The notes under the pieces: model-generated
The model's database searches: none
Seen by the model: the letters and a program-made list of their open reading frames with translations, nothing else
What the model was told of the DNA's origin: nothing
Assembly: GCF_020745735.1 (NCBI RefSeq)
Contig: NW_026868127.1
Location: forward strand, 1-64,000
Direction: 5' to 3'
DNA from: Hemiscyllium ocellatum
Lineage: Eukaryota
Length of the DNA stretch: 64,000 nt
Part shown: positions 36,001 to 50,869 of the stretch, piece by piece
Position numbering within the stretch: position 1 is the first letter of the stretch
How the letters are laid out: the number at the start of each line of letters is the position of its first letter
Made by a program: the position numbers and the translations under genes

Positions 36001-36470
36001 ATTTTGAACGTGATCAAACATATCCCACAGGACACTGGTTTCAGTCCTGCCCAGGTGTAGACCACTCGATTTGTAATTGTCCCACCTCCCCAGGAACCAG
36101 TCCCAATGTCCCAAAAATCTGAACCCCTCCCTCCTGCACCATCTCTCAGGCCACGCATTCATCCTGCCTATACTTTCATTTCGACTCTGACTAGCACATG
36201 GCACTGGGAGCAATCCTGAGATTACTACCTCTGAGATCCTACATTTTAATATGGTTCCTAACTCCCTAAATTCTGCTTGTCGGAACCTCATCCCATTTAT
36301 TACCAATATCATCGGTGCCTACATGAACAGTCACAGTTAGCTGTTTACCTCCCCCTTCAGAATGTCCTGTAGCCGATCTGAGACATCCCTGAGCCGTACA
36401 GCTGGGAGGCAACATGCTATTCGTGAGTCTTGTCTTTGACCACAGAACCGCCGATCTACTCCCTTTACAA
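33030..36470 (-). mobile_element. long CR1-type LINE (ORF1 esterase, endonuclease, RT, 3' end), decayed
   Basis: TVHVGTDDIG (ORF1), DFNFPNIDW (EN), DKSPGRDG, DFRNAFDKVPH, FADDSKIGG, LEYCVQFW in collinear order. Confidence 0.9.
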
Positions 36471-37339
36471 AGTCCAAACAAACCATATCCATGGCCCCCC
36501 CTTATCAAATCCACTCACTACATCCTCAAACAATTCCAGTCAATTTTTTAAGCATGATTTCCCTTTCGAAAATTCATGCTTACTATCTCCAGTTCTGTCA
36601 CTGTTTTCAAAGTGCTAAGCTATCAAATATTTTGTAATGAACTTGAGCATTTTCTCCACTGCTGATTTCTAGCTAATTGGTCTAAAATGTTTGATTTTCC
36701 CCCTCTCTATCTCTCTCTCTCTCTTTCAATAATCGTGTTAAATTAGCTCCCTCCACTCTGTTTGACCTATTCCACAGTCGACAAACAGATAACCATCAAT
36801 GTTTCTAATATTTTACAACCCACTTCCTGAAGCACTCCTGAAAATAGATTATTTGGCCCTGCTGATTTAACACACTTTAATTTTCCCAGAACCATTTTCC
36901 TCAACAACTGATTTCCTTCAGCTCATTCCTCTGATAAAACCCCAAGTTCACCAACATGTCTGAGATTTATTTGAGAATTCATTTGTGCAGCAAGATCCAG
37001 AATATGTTTATCTGTCATCTCTTTGTTCCAACGATAACATTATAACACTTATGTGAAACTTCCTTGAATGTCATCTGGACGTCCATATAAACAACACATT
37101 CCCTTATCTCCCACATTAGTGACCTCGTTAAAACATGTAACCAGGTTAGTTAAAAATGTCTGACCCTTTTTAAATCCATGCTGACTTACTCTGATCTGTT
37201 CATATTTGTCAGACATTCTGTCTCTAAACCAGATTCAATTACTTCCCAACAATAGACATTCAACGGAGATGTTCATTGTGAGTGAGGTTAGTAAACAGCT
37301 AGCACTGACATGACGGGCTGAACAGCCTCCTCCTAGAGT

Positions 37340-40300
37340 CACAGAGTCAAAGAGATATTCAGAATGGAAACAGACCCTTCGGTCCAACTTGTCCATGCTG
37401 ACCAGACATCCCAAACCAATCTAGTCCCACCTGCCAACTCCTGGCCCAGATCCCTCCAAACCCTTCCAATTCATATACCCATTCAGATGCCTTTTAAATG
37501 TTGCAATTGTACCAGCCTCTACCACTTCCTCTGCTCTCACCACCTTGTGCATGAAAAAGTTGCTCCTCAAGTCTCTTTTATATCTTTCCCCTCTTACCCT
37601 AAACCTACGCCCTCTATTACTGGACTCCACCACCCCAGGGAAAAGACTTGGTCTCTTTGCCCTATCCATGCCCCTCATGATTTCATAAACCTCTGTAAGG
37701 TCACTCCTCAGCCTCCGACACTCCAGGGGAAATATCCCCAGCCTATTTAACCTCTCCCTATAGCTTAAATCCTCCAACCCTGGTAACATCCTTTTATATC
37801 TTTTCTGAACCCTTTCAAGTTTCACAACATCTTTCTGATAGGAAGGAGACCAGAATTGAATGCAATACTTCAAAAGTGGCCTAGGTGACCTCCCAATTCC
37901 TATACTCAATAATCTGACCATTAAAGGAAAGCATATCGAATGTCTTCTTCATTATCCTATCCAACTACTACTCTACTTTCAAGGAGCTATGAACATGCAC
38001 TCTAAAGTCTCTTTGTTCAGCAACACTCCCGAGGACCTTACTATTAAGAGTATAAGTCCTGCTCAGATTTGCTTTCCCAAATGCAACACCTTACATTTAT
38101 CTAAATTAAATTCCATCTGCCATTCCTCAGCTCAATTGCCCATTGGATCAAGATCCTATTGTAATCTGACGTAACCTTCTTCACTGTCCACTTCACCTCC
38201 AATTTTCATGTCATTTGCAAACTTACTAACTCTACCGCCTATGTTCATATCCAAATCATTTATGTAAATGACAAAAAGTAGTTGACCCAGCATCAATCCT
38301 TATGACAATCCACTGGCCACAGGCCTCCAATCTGAAAAACATCCCTCCACTACCACCCTCTGTATTCTACCTTTGAGCCAGTTCTGTATCCAAATGGCTA
38401 GTTCTCCTGTATTCCATGAGATCTAACCTTGCTAACCTGTCTCCCATGGGGAACCTTGTCGAATGCCTTATTGAAGTCCATTCAGATCCTGTCTAATGCT
38501 CTGCCCTTATCAATTCTTTCTGTTACTTCTTCAAAAGATTCAATCAAGTTTGTGAGACATGATTTCCCACACACAAAACCATGCTGCCCAACCCTAATCA
38601 GTCTTTGCCTTTCCAAATGTATGGACAATTTGTCCCTCAGGATTCCGGCTCATTGGTCTACAATTCCCTGACTTGTCCTTACCACCTTTCTTAAATAGTG
38701 GCACCAATTAGTGAACCTCCAGTCTTCTGGCACATCATCTGTGACTATTGAGGATACAAATATCACAGTAAGAGGCCCAGCAATCACTTCCCTAGCTTCC
38801 CACAGAGTCCTAGGGTACACCTAATTAGGTCCTGGGGATTTATCCACTTTTATGCATTTCAAGACATCTAGCACCTCCTCGTCTGAAATATGAACATTTT
38901 TCAAGATGTCACCATCTATTACTTTACGTTCTATATCTTCAATATCCTTCTCCACAGTTAAACAGAAGCAAAATACTCGTTTAGTATCTGCCCCATCTCC
39001 TGCGGCTCCACACAAAGGTCGCCTTGCTGATCTTTGAGGGGCCCTATTCTCTCCTTAGTTACTCTCTTGTCCTTAATGTATTCGTAAAATCCCTCTGGAT
39101 TCTCCTTAACCTTATTTGCCAAAACATTCTCATGTCCCCTTGTTGCCCTCCTGATTTCCCTCTTAAGAATACTCCTACTGCCTTTGTATACCTCTCAGGA
39201 TTCACTCGATCTATCCTGTCTATACCTGACATATGCTCCATTCTTTTTCTTAACCAAACCCTCAATGTTTCTTGTCATCCAATATTCCCTACACCTACCA
39301 GCCTTTCCTTTCACCCGAACTAAAATATACTTTCTCTGGACTCAAGTTATCTCATTTCTGAAGGCTTCTCATTTTCCAGCTGTCCCTTTACCTGTGAGCA
39401 ACTTCCCCCAATCAGCTTTTCAGAGTTTTAGATTAGATTACTTAGTGTGGAAACAGGCCCTTCAGCCCAACAAGTCCAGACGGACCCTCCGAAGAGCAAC
39501 CCACCCAGACCCATTCCCCTATGTTTATCCCTTCACCTAACACTATGGACAATTTAGCATGGCCAATTCACCTAACCTGCACTTTTTTAGACTGGGGAGG
39601 AAACCCACGCTGACATGGGGAGTATGTGCAAACTGCACACAGACAGTTGCCTGAGGTGGGAATTGAACCCGGGGCACTGGCACTGTGAGGCAGCAGTGTT
39701 AACCACTGTGCCACCGTGCCTGATACTGGCAAAATTAGCCTTCCTCCAATTTAGAACTTCAACTTCTGGATCTGGTCTATCCTTTTCCATCACTATTTTA
39801 AAATGAATAGAATTATGGTCGCTGACCAAAAGTGCTCCTCCACTTGCACCTCAGTCACCTGCCCTGCCTTATTTCCAAGAGTAGGTCGAGCTTTGCACCT
39901 TCTCTAGGAGGTACATCCACATACTGAATCAGAAAATTGTCTTGTACACACTTAACATATTCCTCTCCATCTAAATTCTTAACACTATGGCAGTCCCAGT
40001 CTATGTTTGGAAAGTTAAAATCCCCTACTATAACCACCCCATTATTCTTACTGATAACTGAAATCTCCTTAAAAATCTATTTCTCAATTTCCCGCTGACT
40101 ACTGGAGGGGGGCTATAATATAATCCCAAGAAGGTGATTATCCCCTTCTTTTTTCTCAGTTCCACCCAAATAACTTCCCTGGATGTATTTCTGGGAATAT
40201 CCTCCCTAAGTACTGCTGTAATGCTATCCCTTATCAAAAATGCCACTCCCCCTCCTCTCTTGCCTCCCTTTCTGTCCTTCCCGTAGCATTTGTATCCTAG

Positions 40301-41250
40301 AACATGAAACAGCCAGTCCTGTCTATCCCCGAGCCATGTTTCTGTAATTGCTATGCTATCCCAGTCCCATGTTCCTAACCGCGCCCTATGTTCATCTTCC
40401 TTCCCTGTTAGGCCTCTTGCACTGAAATAAATGCAGTTTAATTTATCAGTCTTACCTTGTTCTCTGCTTTGTCCCTGCCTGCCCTGACTGTTTGACTTGC
40501 CTTTGTTCTCAACTGTACCAATCTTAGATTGAAATCTTTCCTCACTATCTCCCTGGGTCCCTCCCACCCATCTTACTAGTTTAAATCCTGCCGAGCAGCT
40601 CTAGCAAATCTCCCTGCCAGTATATTAGTCCCCTTCCAATTTAGATGCAATCTGTCCTTCTTGTACAGGTCACTTCTACCTCAAAACAGCTTCCAAAGAT
40701 CCAAAAATGTGAATCCTTCTCCCATACACCAGCTCCTTAGCCATGCATTCATCTGCTCTATCCTCCTATTCCTGCCCTCACTAGCTCATAGCACTGGGGG
40801 TAATTTAGATATTACTACTCTCGAGGATCTCCTTTTTAAATTCCTGCCTAACTCTCTGCAATCTCCCTTCAGAATCTCAACCTTTTCCCTTCCTATGTCG
40901 TTGGTTCCAAAGTGTACAATGGCCTCCTGCTGGTCCCTCTCCACCTTAAGAACATTCTGCACCTTCCCTGAGACATCCTTGATCCTGGCACCAGGGAAGC
41001 AACACACCATTCTGATTTTTCACTGCTGGCCACAGAAACGTCTTCTGTTCCTCGGGCTCGAGAGTCCCCTAACACAGTCGATCATTTGGAACCCGACGTA
41101 CGTCCCATTACATTAGAGCCAGTGTCAATACCAGGAACTTGGCTGCTCATGCTCAGTACCCCTGAGTTTCCATCACTCCCTACATTTTCCAAAGCAGCAT
41201 ACTTGTTTGAAATGGGAATAGCCACAGAAGACACCTGCACCTCTCTGGCC
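37340..41250 (-). mobile_element. long CR1-type LINE (ORF1 esterase to 3' end) with a SINE insertion
   Basis: VCCFPGARIKDV...VHFGTNDIG; AITETWL; GDFNFPNIDW; DKSPGP; YCIQFWSPSYQKDV. Confidence 0.9.
39429..39720 (-). mobile_element. HE1-type SINE inserted in a LINE
   Basis: tail gattagatta, head ccactgtgccaccgtgcc. Confidence 0.85.
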
Positions 41251-42599
41251 TTTCCTGAAGTTATGGTCAGAGCCCATGGGATCCAAGGCATTTTGGCAAA
41301 TTGGATCCAAATATGAGGCAAAGAGTGATGGTGGAGGGTTGTCTTTGTGATTGGAAGCCTGTGACCAGTGGTTTTAGGCAGGGATTGGGGCTGGGACCCT
41401 TGCTGTTTGTAATGTACATTAACAAATTGACTGTGATTGTATAATTAGAAAGTTTTCAGAGGCCACATAAATTGGTGGTGTTATTGATATTGATTTGATT
41501 TTTATTTTAGTTTATTGTCACATGTACTCGAGTGCAAAAGTATTGGAGTACAGTGAAAAGTGTGTAACGTCACCTCACAAGGTGCCATCTTAGGTACAAG
41601 GACCTCAGTACAGAATCGTAAGAACAAGGTAGAAAGAAAGAATAAAGTTCAAAGTTACACGTTGCAGATCTTTTTAGTTTTAAGTAGAAAATGAAGAAAT
41701 AAAGCTGAAAGTTCAAGAATTATAGCCTTTCTTTAGAACTTAGCAACCATGGGATCATACTTTAAGTAATCATCTCGAGTCCAGAAGTCCTGGCTGAGGC
41801 CTTCCCTGGTGGAGAGGCCACCATATACAGAAAGGACCACTATGTGGGCTGAGAGACACCCACTCTGGGCCACTCAGAAATCGCTACACTAGGCCGAGTG
41901 ACCATCGCGCTGGGCTGACAGTCTAGCATGCTGGGCTGAGAGGCCACCACATTGAACTGAGAGGCCATCATGTTGGACCAAGAGTCTGTCTTGTTGGGCT
42001 GGAAGATCTCCCTGCCAGGCCAGGACACTGCCACACCAAGCCAGGAGGCCACATCATTAGGTCTGCACTTGGTCAGAGGCCTGGCGACTGAGGCTGGGAG
42101 TCGGTGCCCAGGAGAAGAAATAAGGGAGAAGAACAAAAGAAAAACACAAAAGAAAAGGAAAAGAGAAGTGGAATAGAAAGAAGAAAAGGAAACAGACGAA
42201 GCAGATGAACTCGGGCTGAAGCATCCTACTCTGCTGCCATCTTGGATTACCGGGTCTCAGGCTACAGTCTGATATTGGTCAGCTGGTAACTTGGGCAGAG
42301 CAATGGCAGATGTAATTTAATCCTGATACCTCTGAGGTGATCTAACTTGGGAGGTCTAATAAGGGAAGGATATACACAATGAAAGGCATGTGCCTTGAGT
42401 ATCCTTATGCATGAATCACAGAGGGTTGGTTACAGGTACAACAAACAATTAGGAAGGCAAATGGAATTTTGTCCTTCATTGCTAAAGGGATTGAGTTTAA
42501 AAAGCGGGAAGGTTATGTTGCAGCTGTACAGGGTGTTGGTGAGGCCACACCTGGAGTACTGCGGGGGGGGGGGGGGGGGTAGGTGGGGCAGAGAGGGAA

Positions 42600-44500
42600 G
42601 CCCCTGTAAACAACATCCATTGACATTACTGTGTCCAAGACTTTTGTATCCTCTTCAAAAATGTTCAATGAGATTTTTTCAGCGTGACCAACTTGTCATG
42701 AATCCATGCTCTCCCTGGTTAACTGACCATTTTCAAGGTCTTCAGTTACCCCCAATCCTTGATTATAGACTACAACAATTTCCACACCACAAATATTGGC
42801 TTAATGACCTGTAATTTCCTGGTTTTTCTCTCACATCCTTGTTAAATGTGAGGTGATATTTGCAATTTTCCAATCCAGAGGTATGACTGCTGTATCCAGG
42901 GAACTCTGAAAGATTATAGCTGAAAATGTGTTGCTGGTTAAGCACAGCAGGTCAGGCAGCATCCAAGGAGCAGGAGAATCGATGTTTCGGGCTTGAGCCC
43001 TTCTTCAGGAATCATTCTGAAAGATTATAGTCAGGGTGTCTACGCTGTGATCTGTTACTACCTTTATCACCCTCAGATGGAAACCTAGGTTCTGAGAATT
43101 TGTCACTCTTTAGTTCGATTAATTTCCTCATTATGGATATTTTACTGACATGAAATTTTATTCAATCCCTGTGCCTGATCCTCTGTTATTTCCTTTGGGA
43201 ATTCAGGCAAATCCTTTTCCTTTTCTACTGCAAATCTTGAGGTAAAGTATTTATTTAACATGGCTGTCATCTCCCCATTGTCACTGACAAGATCCCTCAC
43301 TTTCAGTTTTAAAATGGCCAACATTGCTCCTGACCTCCCAGCTTCCCTTTTATGGAACTGTAGCATTTCTCCTTATTGATTTTGATTTCCCTTATATGTT
43401 CCCTTTCAGCATCCCTTTTGGTGGCTCTTAGCTACATTGTGGCCCTTTGTATCTTTCCCATTCAGCAGAACCTGTTATTTTATTTGCTTTATTGTAAACC
43501 CTTGTCTTTTCCTTATCTCTTTAATTGTCCTTTGTTGTTTGTTCTAAGAAGTGGACCTTTTCCCTCTCAGGTATAAACTGGCTTTGTTTTGAGTTGAATG
43601 TTCCTTTAAATATTCCCCACTGTTCTTCAGTTGTTTTATCCATGAGCAGATTTTCCCAGATTACTGTGGACAGTCTCTGTCGCATCTCATTAAAGTCGGC
43701 CCTTACCTTAATCTCAAACTCTAGCAGCTGATTCATGCTTTTTACTTTCAAATGCGACACTGAACTCGATCATGTTATGATCACTATTTGATAAATATTC
43801 ATGCACAAATAGTTACGAACTAAATCTGGCTCATTATTCATTACTAATTCCAATATTGCTTGTCCCCTTGTTGTATCCAGGACCTATTGCTGTTGGAAAC
43901 TATTCAGCAGCAATTCACTATCTTTCTGACAGAGGGCTTGTCTGTCTCCCAATCTAAGTTAAAGTTAAACTTCCCCATTAATAATACACTGGCTTTGCTA
44001 CACACTTGTCTAATTTTTGTATATATTACAATCCAGCACCTCAGAGCTGCTGTTGGCGGAGTGTGTGTGTGTCTGGGGGGTGGGGGGTGGTGGGATGCAC
44101 ACAATATTTATGACAGTTTTAGATCCCTTTCTGGTCCTCAGTTGCACTGAATGCTTTCCCCTCATTATAACCTCCCTCACCATTGAAGTCTTTGTGTTTC
44201 TAATCAATATAGCTGCTCCACCTCTTCTGTCATTTCCCCATGTCCATCCTGTGAACCTTCTAACCGGATAAATTTAGTTCCCAATCCTAACGATTCTGTA
44301 AATATGTCTCAGTAATTGATCCTATAGCAAAATCTTTAATTTGAATTTGTGCGTGCAGATTATTGAATATATTCCTTACACTCAGTGCATTCGTATATTT
44401 CAAACTCTTATTTGGTCCATTCACTGGAATCTGTTCCTCAGCACTGATGCTGTATTCACCTCTTTCTTACTTCTCTCTTCTGATAGCTTTCCTGATATTG
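42600..44500 (-). mobile_element. CR1/L2-type LINE endonuclease/RT fragments
   Basis: EKPGNYR, ADFNEMRQRLS..W, LMGKFNFNLDW motifs. Confidence 0.7.
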
Positions 44501-44859
44501 CCCAAATATGACCTTTTGCCAATTTTCACTTAGGTTGTTGGTCCCAACACACACAACAACTAGATCCTCCCCCATTTCCCCCACCCCCGCACTCCATTAT
44601 ACTTTCAAGCCGGTTCGAGATGCCCCTTATCTTGGCACCAGGCAGGCAACACACCATGCAGGACACTCAATCCTGTTCACAAAGGATGCTATCAGTGCCC
44701 CTCATTATCAAATCCCCCCTCTTTCCTTTGTGGTCCCCCAGCCTGAATGGCCTCCTGGCCCACGGTGCAGTGGTTTTCTTTCATTCATTCATAGGATATG
44801 GGCATCTCTGGCCAAGCCAGCATTTCCTGCCCATAGGGCAGTTAACAGACAACCACATG

Positions 44860-45200
44860 AAATCATAGAATCATAGGTTCCATACAGTGTGAAACAGGCC
44901 ATTCAACCCCATGAGTCTACACCAACATTCTGAGGAGCATCCCATTCAGATGTATCCCTTTATCCCTGCATCTCCCATGGTTAATGCACCTAATCTACAC
45001 ATCCCTGAACACTATGGGTAATTTAGCATGACCAATCCATCTAGCTTGCACATCTTTAAATTGTGGGAGGAAACCAAAGCACCTGTAGAAATCAGGTGAA
45101 CGTGCAAACTCCACACAGACGGTCGCCCTAGAATGAATTAAACTCGGGATCCTGGCACTGAGAGGCAGCAGTGCTAACTACTAAGTCACAATACCACCCA
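44860..45200 (-). mobile_element. HE1-type SINE (older)
   Basis: gcaaactccacacagac...gaggcagcagtgctaac. Confidence 0.8.
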
Positions 45201-45555
45201 TTGCTGTGTGTCTGGAGTCACATTTAAGGCTGGGTAAGGATGACAGATTTTCTCCTCTAAAGGTTATTAGTGAACTGAATGAGTATTCTCCACAATCAAC
45301 AATGGATTAATATCACCAATAGCTTCTTAATTCCAGAACCATTCTTGAATTCAAATTCCACTGTCTGCCATGGCAGGATTTGAACCCAGGTTCCCAGAAC
45401 ATTAGCTGAGTTTCTGGATTAATAGTCCAGCGATAATACCAATGGCCATTGTCTCCCCCTGTGTTAGCCTAGCTAATGGTGTCAAAATTGGCCTTCCCCC
45501 TGTTTTGACACTTAATTTCTGCTCTATCATTATCTCTTTACTTAACATAAGTAAA

Positions 45556-45870
45556 GGGTGACACAGTGGCTCAGTGGTTAGCACTGCTGCTTCACAGCGC
45601 CAGGGTCCCAGGTTTTATTCTGGCCTTGGCCAACTGTCTGTGTGGAGTTTGCATGTTCTCCCCGTGTCTGCATAGGTTTTCTCTGGGTACTCCGGTCTCC
45701 TCCCACATTCCAAAGATGTGCAGGTCAGGTGAATAGCCCGTGTTAAATTGTCCATGGTTGTTAGGTGCATTAGTCAGACGAGGGTGGGTTACTCTTTGGA
45801 GGGTTGGTGTGGACTTGTTGGGCTGAAGGGCCTGTTTCCACACTGTAGGGAATCTAATCTAATCTAATCT
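45556..45870 (+). mobile_element. HE1-type SINE
   Basis: cagtggttagcactgctgc head, (TAATC)n tail. Confidence 0.88.
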
Positions 45871-47310
45871 TAATGACTTTGAACCTGATAGAGTTATGGT
45901 CACTATCGCCAAAATGCTCCAAACCACGCTTGACCATTCTGCAGTGTATCCACATTAGTTTCCAAAAGCAATCCTTTTCCTCATTGACACAGGGAGCAAG
46001 TACCTCATTCCTGTTGGACAAGGAGCTGAGGCACCTGAAAGGCTAAATCCAGGCTGCATCGACCTGTTCACTTTTGGTCACACCCTCCTGTCCCTGACCA
46101 CTGGCCATAATTTGAAGTATTTAACCTACAAGATGTAACTGTCTCCCCAAACACAGTGTCCAGGTAACTCTCCCCCTCCCTGATGTGTCACAGTGTTTGA
46201 AGCTCAGATTCCAGCTCATCAACTCTGAGCTGGAGTGCCTTGAGCAACCAACACTTGCTGTAGATGTGGTCACTCTGAGCTACAATGGGCTCCACCAGCT
46301 TCCCCATCGCAATTACACGTCACCTGGCCCTGTATATAGAAATTGTTTGAGGCGGTTTTAATTTGTATTTTTAAATTTCCTGTTGGTCTTTATTTTTTAA
46401 TCTGTAAAATATTTCTGTCAAGGAGACAGAGAAGGCTCCAGCACAGGAGGAGGCTGTTCAGCCCCTCGTGTCAGTGCTGGCTGTATATTAACCTCATTCA
46501 CAATGAACATCTCCATTGAATGTCTGTTGTCAGGAATTGATTGAATCTGTTTTTAGAGACAGGATGACTAACAAATGATTAACTAACATGAACTGTTCCG
46601 AGAGAGTCAGCATGGATTTACAAAGGTTCAAACATCTTTAACTAACCTGATTACACTTTGTTAGGAGCTCACTAATGTGGGATAGAAGGGAATGTTGATG
46701 GCTATTGTCCATAGGGAATTCCACAAGACATTTAAAAAGAGACATGGAATCAGATGGAATTTGAGAAATGCATTTATCTTGGGTCCAGAGCTAGGAGACA
46801 GAGAGGAGGGATAATGTGCACGTCCTCCAATGAGCAAGATGTGAATAGTGGTGTCCCCAGGGATCTGTGCTGGGACCTCAGCTTCACACAATATTTCTCA
46901 ATGACTTGGATGAAGAAATAGAGAACCATATTTCCAAGATTGTTGATCACTCTGAGTGAGGTGGTTTGGAGGGTGAGATGGGGAGGGTGGAAGGAGGCGA
47001 GAGGTTTGAGAACAAGGATGAGAACTTGCAAATCAAGATGTTGCTGGACTAGGAGCCAATGTTGGTCAGTGAGCACAAGGGGAGGGAATGGGGGAATGGG
47101 ACTTGGTGGGAGTTCGGATACTGGCAGCAGAGTTTGGGATGAGTTGATGTTTACCGAAGGTGGTGGCTGTGATGTGGGCCAGGATAACATTGGAATGGTC
47201 ATGTTTGGAGTCCCCATCACATAGCTGAGATTTGCAGTGTCTGATCTTTGTGATGTGGAGGATGTGGAGATCAGATCAGCCTCAAAGATGAATCTAAGGT
47301 AGTAAAGAGT

Positions 47311-47541
47311 CTGGGAGCTGAAGGGGATGGCTTTGATCTTTTCAATGTGTTTCCCAGTGAGCCTGGCTTCTCAGTCCTGACTGCTCTTAGCTGCTGTGAT
47401 TGTCACTGATTGGACACTTATTATTAGAGATTCTGACCACAGCAGAAAGCCCCAGTGCAAAAAATAACTGCAAAGACTGTCAGATCGCAAGGTTGAAACT
47501 TCACCAAGAGAGGAAGTGAAAGAAGGAGCTCAGAGCAGCTG
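47311..47541. promoter_or_regulatory. inverted copy of the EICE island (GGAAGTGAAA 47512-21, E-box 47536-41, ATTGG 47409-13)
   Basis: ~96% identical to 29821-30052; same ~5.2 kb distance from its leader. Confidence 0.6.
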
Positions 47542-48226
47542 GACCTTTGTTACTGAGACGGGAGAAAACTGTGAACCATCTGCACTCCCTGGAATCTGAC
47601 AGCACAAGAGGAGGCCATTCAGCCCATTGTGTCTGTGAGTGACCCAAGCAGTCCTACTACTCCTCTCTCTCCCCATAATCTAGCAAATCTTTCCTTTTCA
47701 GCTCGATCTTAATTGTCTCTTGTAGACCTGGGTAGACAGCGCAAGACTGCCCTTAATCTGGGTTCCAAATTGGTATCTCATTCATTCATTGGGAGACAAA
47801 CTGCCTGGGCTGGGAAATGGAGCTCAGGATCCTGAACATTCCCTCTCCCCTCCTGAGGAACACTTCATTCGGTTTTGCATATTCACTCGTGGGAAGTGGG
47901 CTTCACCAGCTGTCCCAGCATTTTCTACCCTGTCCCTAGTTACCCTGGAGAAGGCAGTGGGAAGCTGCCTTCTTGAATCACTGTAGTCCACAAGCTGTAA
48001 GTTGACTCACAATGCTCTTCAGGAGGGAATGCTAGTATTTTAACCCAGCAAGGCTGAGGGATCAACAACATATTTCCAAGTCAGGATGCTAAGCTTTTCC
48101 GAGGGGAAATTGCAGCTCATAGTGTTCCCATGTGTCTGCCGCTCCTGGTCTCCGAAATAGAAGTGGATGTGGGTTTGGAAGGAAACCAAAAGAAATGCGG
48201 ATGCTGTGAATCCGAGATAAAGATCA

Positions 48227-48354
48227 AAATTGCTGGAAAAGCTCGGCAGGTCTGGCATCATCTGTGAAGAGAGATGCACAGGTCAAGCACGAAACATTAA
48301 CTCTGATTTCTCTCCCCAGATGCTGGCAGTCCTACTGAGCTTTTCCTGCGATTT
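48227..48354. repeat. hairpin (inverted repeat, ~46 bp arms), MITE-like
   Basis: aaattgctggaaaagctcggcaggtctggcatcatctg versus cagatgctggcagtcctactgagcttttcctgcgattt. Confidence 0.7.
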
Positions 48355-48399
48355 CTATGTTTGTCCATGGGTTTGGAAGGTGCTATCTGAGGACCTTTG

Positions 48400-50050
48400 G
48401 TGAGTTTCTGCAGTGCATTTTACCGATAATACACACTTCTGCTACTGAGCATCGGGAATGGTGAGAGTGGATGCTTTGAGAATATGATGCCAATCAAGCA
48501 GGTTGCTTGGCTCTGGATGGTATCAAGCTTTTCGATTGGATGAGAAAGACATAGACAGGAATAGATTAGAGGGATACGGGCCAAATGCAGGCAAATGAGA
48601 CTCGTTCACTTCAGAAACCCTGGTCAGCATGGAATAGTTTGGCTTAAGGGTTTGTTTCTCTGCCATATGACTCTGTGACACTATCAGTCTATGAATGTTG
48701 TTGGAGCTGCACCTGTCCAGGCAAGTGGGGAGTATTTGCTCACACTCCTGACTTGGTTGACAGGCTTTGGGGGAATCAGGAGGTGAGTTACTCGATACAG
48801 TATTTCTAGCCTCTAACCTGCTCTTGTAACCACTATGCTTCTGTGGTGAGTCCAGTTGTATTTCTGGTCAATGGCATCTCAAGAATGTTGATAGTGGGGA
48901 TTCAGTGATGGTAATAGCATTGACTGTCAAGGGACGATGGTTAGATTGTCTCTTATTGCTGATGGTCATTGGCTGGCATTTGCATGACACCGATAGGAAA
49001 GACTGCTCCTGAGATGAAACCTGGATATTGTCCAGATATTGTTGTATTTGAACATGGACTGCTTCAGTATCTGTGGAGTTGAGAATGGTGCTGAACATTG
49101 TGAAATCTTTGGCAATCATCCCCATTTATGAGCTTGACTTTAGTTGCAATATCTGTCCAAAGTCTGTCCTATTCAGTACGGTGATAGTACCACACAACAC
49201 AATGGAGGGATTCTCAATGTGAAGGTCAAACTTTGTTTCTACAAGGACTGTGTGATGGTCACTCTTACCAATACTGTCAAGGATAGATGTACCTACAGCC
49301 ACAAGATTGGTGAGGGTGGGGTCAAGCATCTTTTTCCAAATTTTTGGTTCCTTCACCACCAGCTGCAGAGCCAGTCCTCAGCTACGTCCATGAGGAACCA
49401 ACCAGCTCGATCAGTAATGCTGCTGCCGAGCCACTCTCGGTGGTGGATATTGAAACCCCCCCACCCAGAGTACACTCTCTGCTGTCATCACCCTCAGTGC
49501 TTCCTCCAAATGTTGTTCAACATCCAGGAGAGACTGATTCATCAGCCGAGGGAGCAAGATATCTTGTAATCACCAGGAGGTTTCCTCGCCCATGTTTAAC
49601 TTAGTTTCATGAGTCTTCACGGGGTCCAGAGCCAACTTTGAGACTTCCCAGGGTAACTCCCTCCTGGCTGTAGACCACTGTGTCATCAGCTCTACTGGGT
49701 CTGCCTTTCTGGTGGGACAGGACACATGCAGGGACAGTGATGGTAGTGTCTGGGGCATTGTCTGTATGATTCTGTGAATATGACTGTGTCAGGCTGTTGC
49801 TTGACTAGTCTGTAAGACAGCTCTCCTGAATTTGGCCCTAGCTCCCAGATGTCAGTAAGGAGGATGGAGCAGGGTAGACAGGACTGTTTCTGTCATTGTC
49901 TTTTCTGTGTCTAGATCGATGCCTGTGGTCCGTCCGGTCTCATTTCTTTGTTGAAATATTGTCATAATTGATACAACTGAGAGCTTTGCTCGGCCATTTC
50001 AGAGGGCAGTTAAGGGTCAACCACATTGCTGGGGTACAGTTCCATGGACC
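48400..50050 (-). mobile_element. LINE endonuclease/RT fragments (second family)
   Basis: DSIGKSDHHTVLVETK; IQQYLDNIQ...CQPMTISNKR. Confidence 0.7.
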
Positions 50051-50869
50051 CTGCAGTACATTCTGTCCTCTCCCACTTCCCCATTGTTAATGTGGAAGGC
50101 TGGAGGTTGCCAGTAGGATATCCAACTGCAGGAGCTATCACAGCCCCCTGCACAATTTTGTCCCCACATTAAATCCACACAAATCTTGAAGTCACATAGC
50201 ACCTTCAATGTTCAAAACGGTCCGAGATGGTTCACAAAGTTGCAGTAAGAGGAATGGGGGAGGGGGTGAGGAACATAAGAACTAGGAGCAGGAGCAGGCA
50301 ATTCAGCCCCTAGAGCCCACTCCACCATTTAATACAATCATGGCTGATCCCATCTCAGACTCAACTCCACATTCCTGCCCACTCTCCATCATCCTTTAAC
50401 CCATTACCCATTAAATATCTGTCCATCTCCTCCTTGGTGTGAGACAGGGAAGGGACCACTCCATTTCAGAAAAGACTGACTGTGGAAGGGGAAGGAGAGG
50501 GGAAGGGATTGGAACATGTTGTGAATGGACAGGATGGGTCAGTAGGTCAGAGTCTGTCCTGTCCCTCCAGCTCACACTGATGGCCTGAGGATCTCCTCTC
50601 TCTGCTGGGCCTTCATGGAATGAGGTTTGTGTCCAAACCAGTCCCCAGTGAGAACAGGCCAACAGAACAGAACAGCACAGAACTGCCCTTCATTTCACAA
50701 GAATCGTCCATCTTCCCGAGACAGACCAAACCCTGGTCATTGTGGGAAATGGGGCTTTATTCCAGGAGAAGACAGGGGTCAAGGGGTAACATCCATTTGT
50801 GGGGCAGAGCAGAGGGAGATTTATCCTGCATTTAACTGTCACCACCCAGGACACTGTCAGAAAGAGAGA

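Noticed and set aside
42563-42579. G17 homopolymer inside a LINE fragment
   Set aside because: Isolated, length unreliable in assemblies, no functional context.
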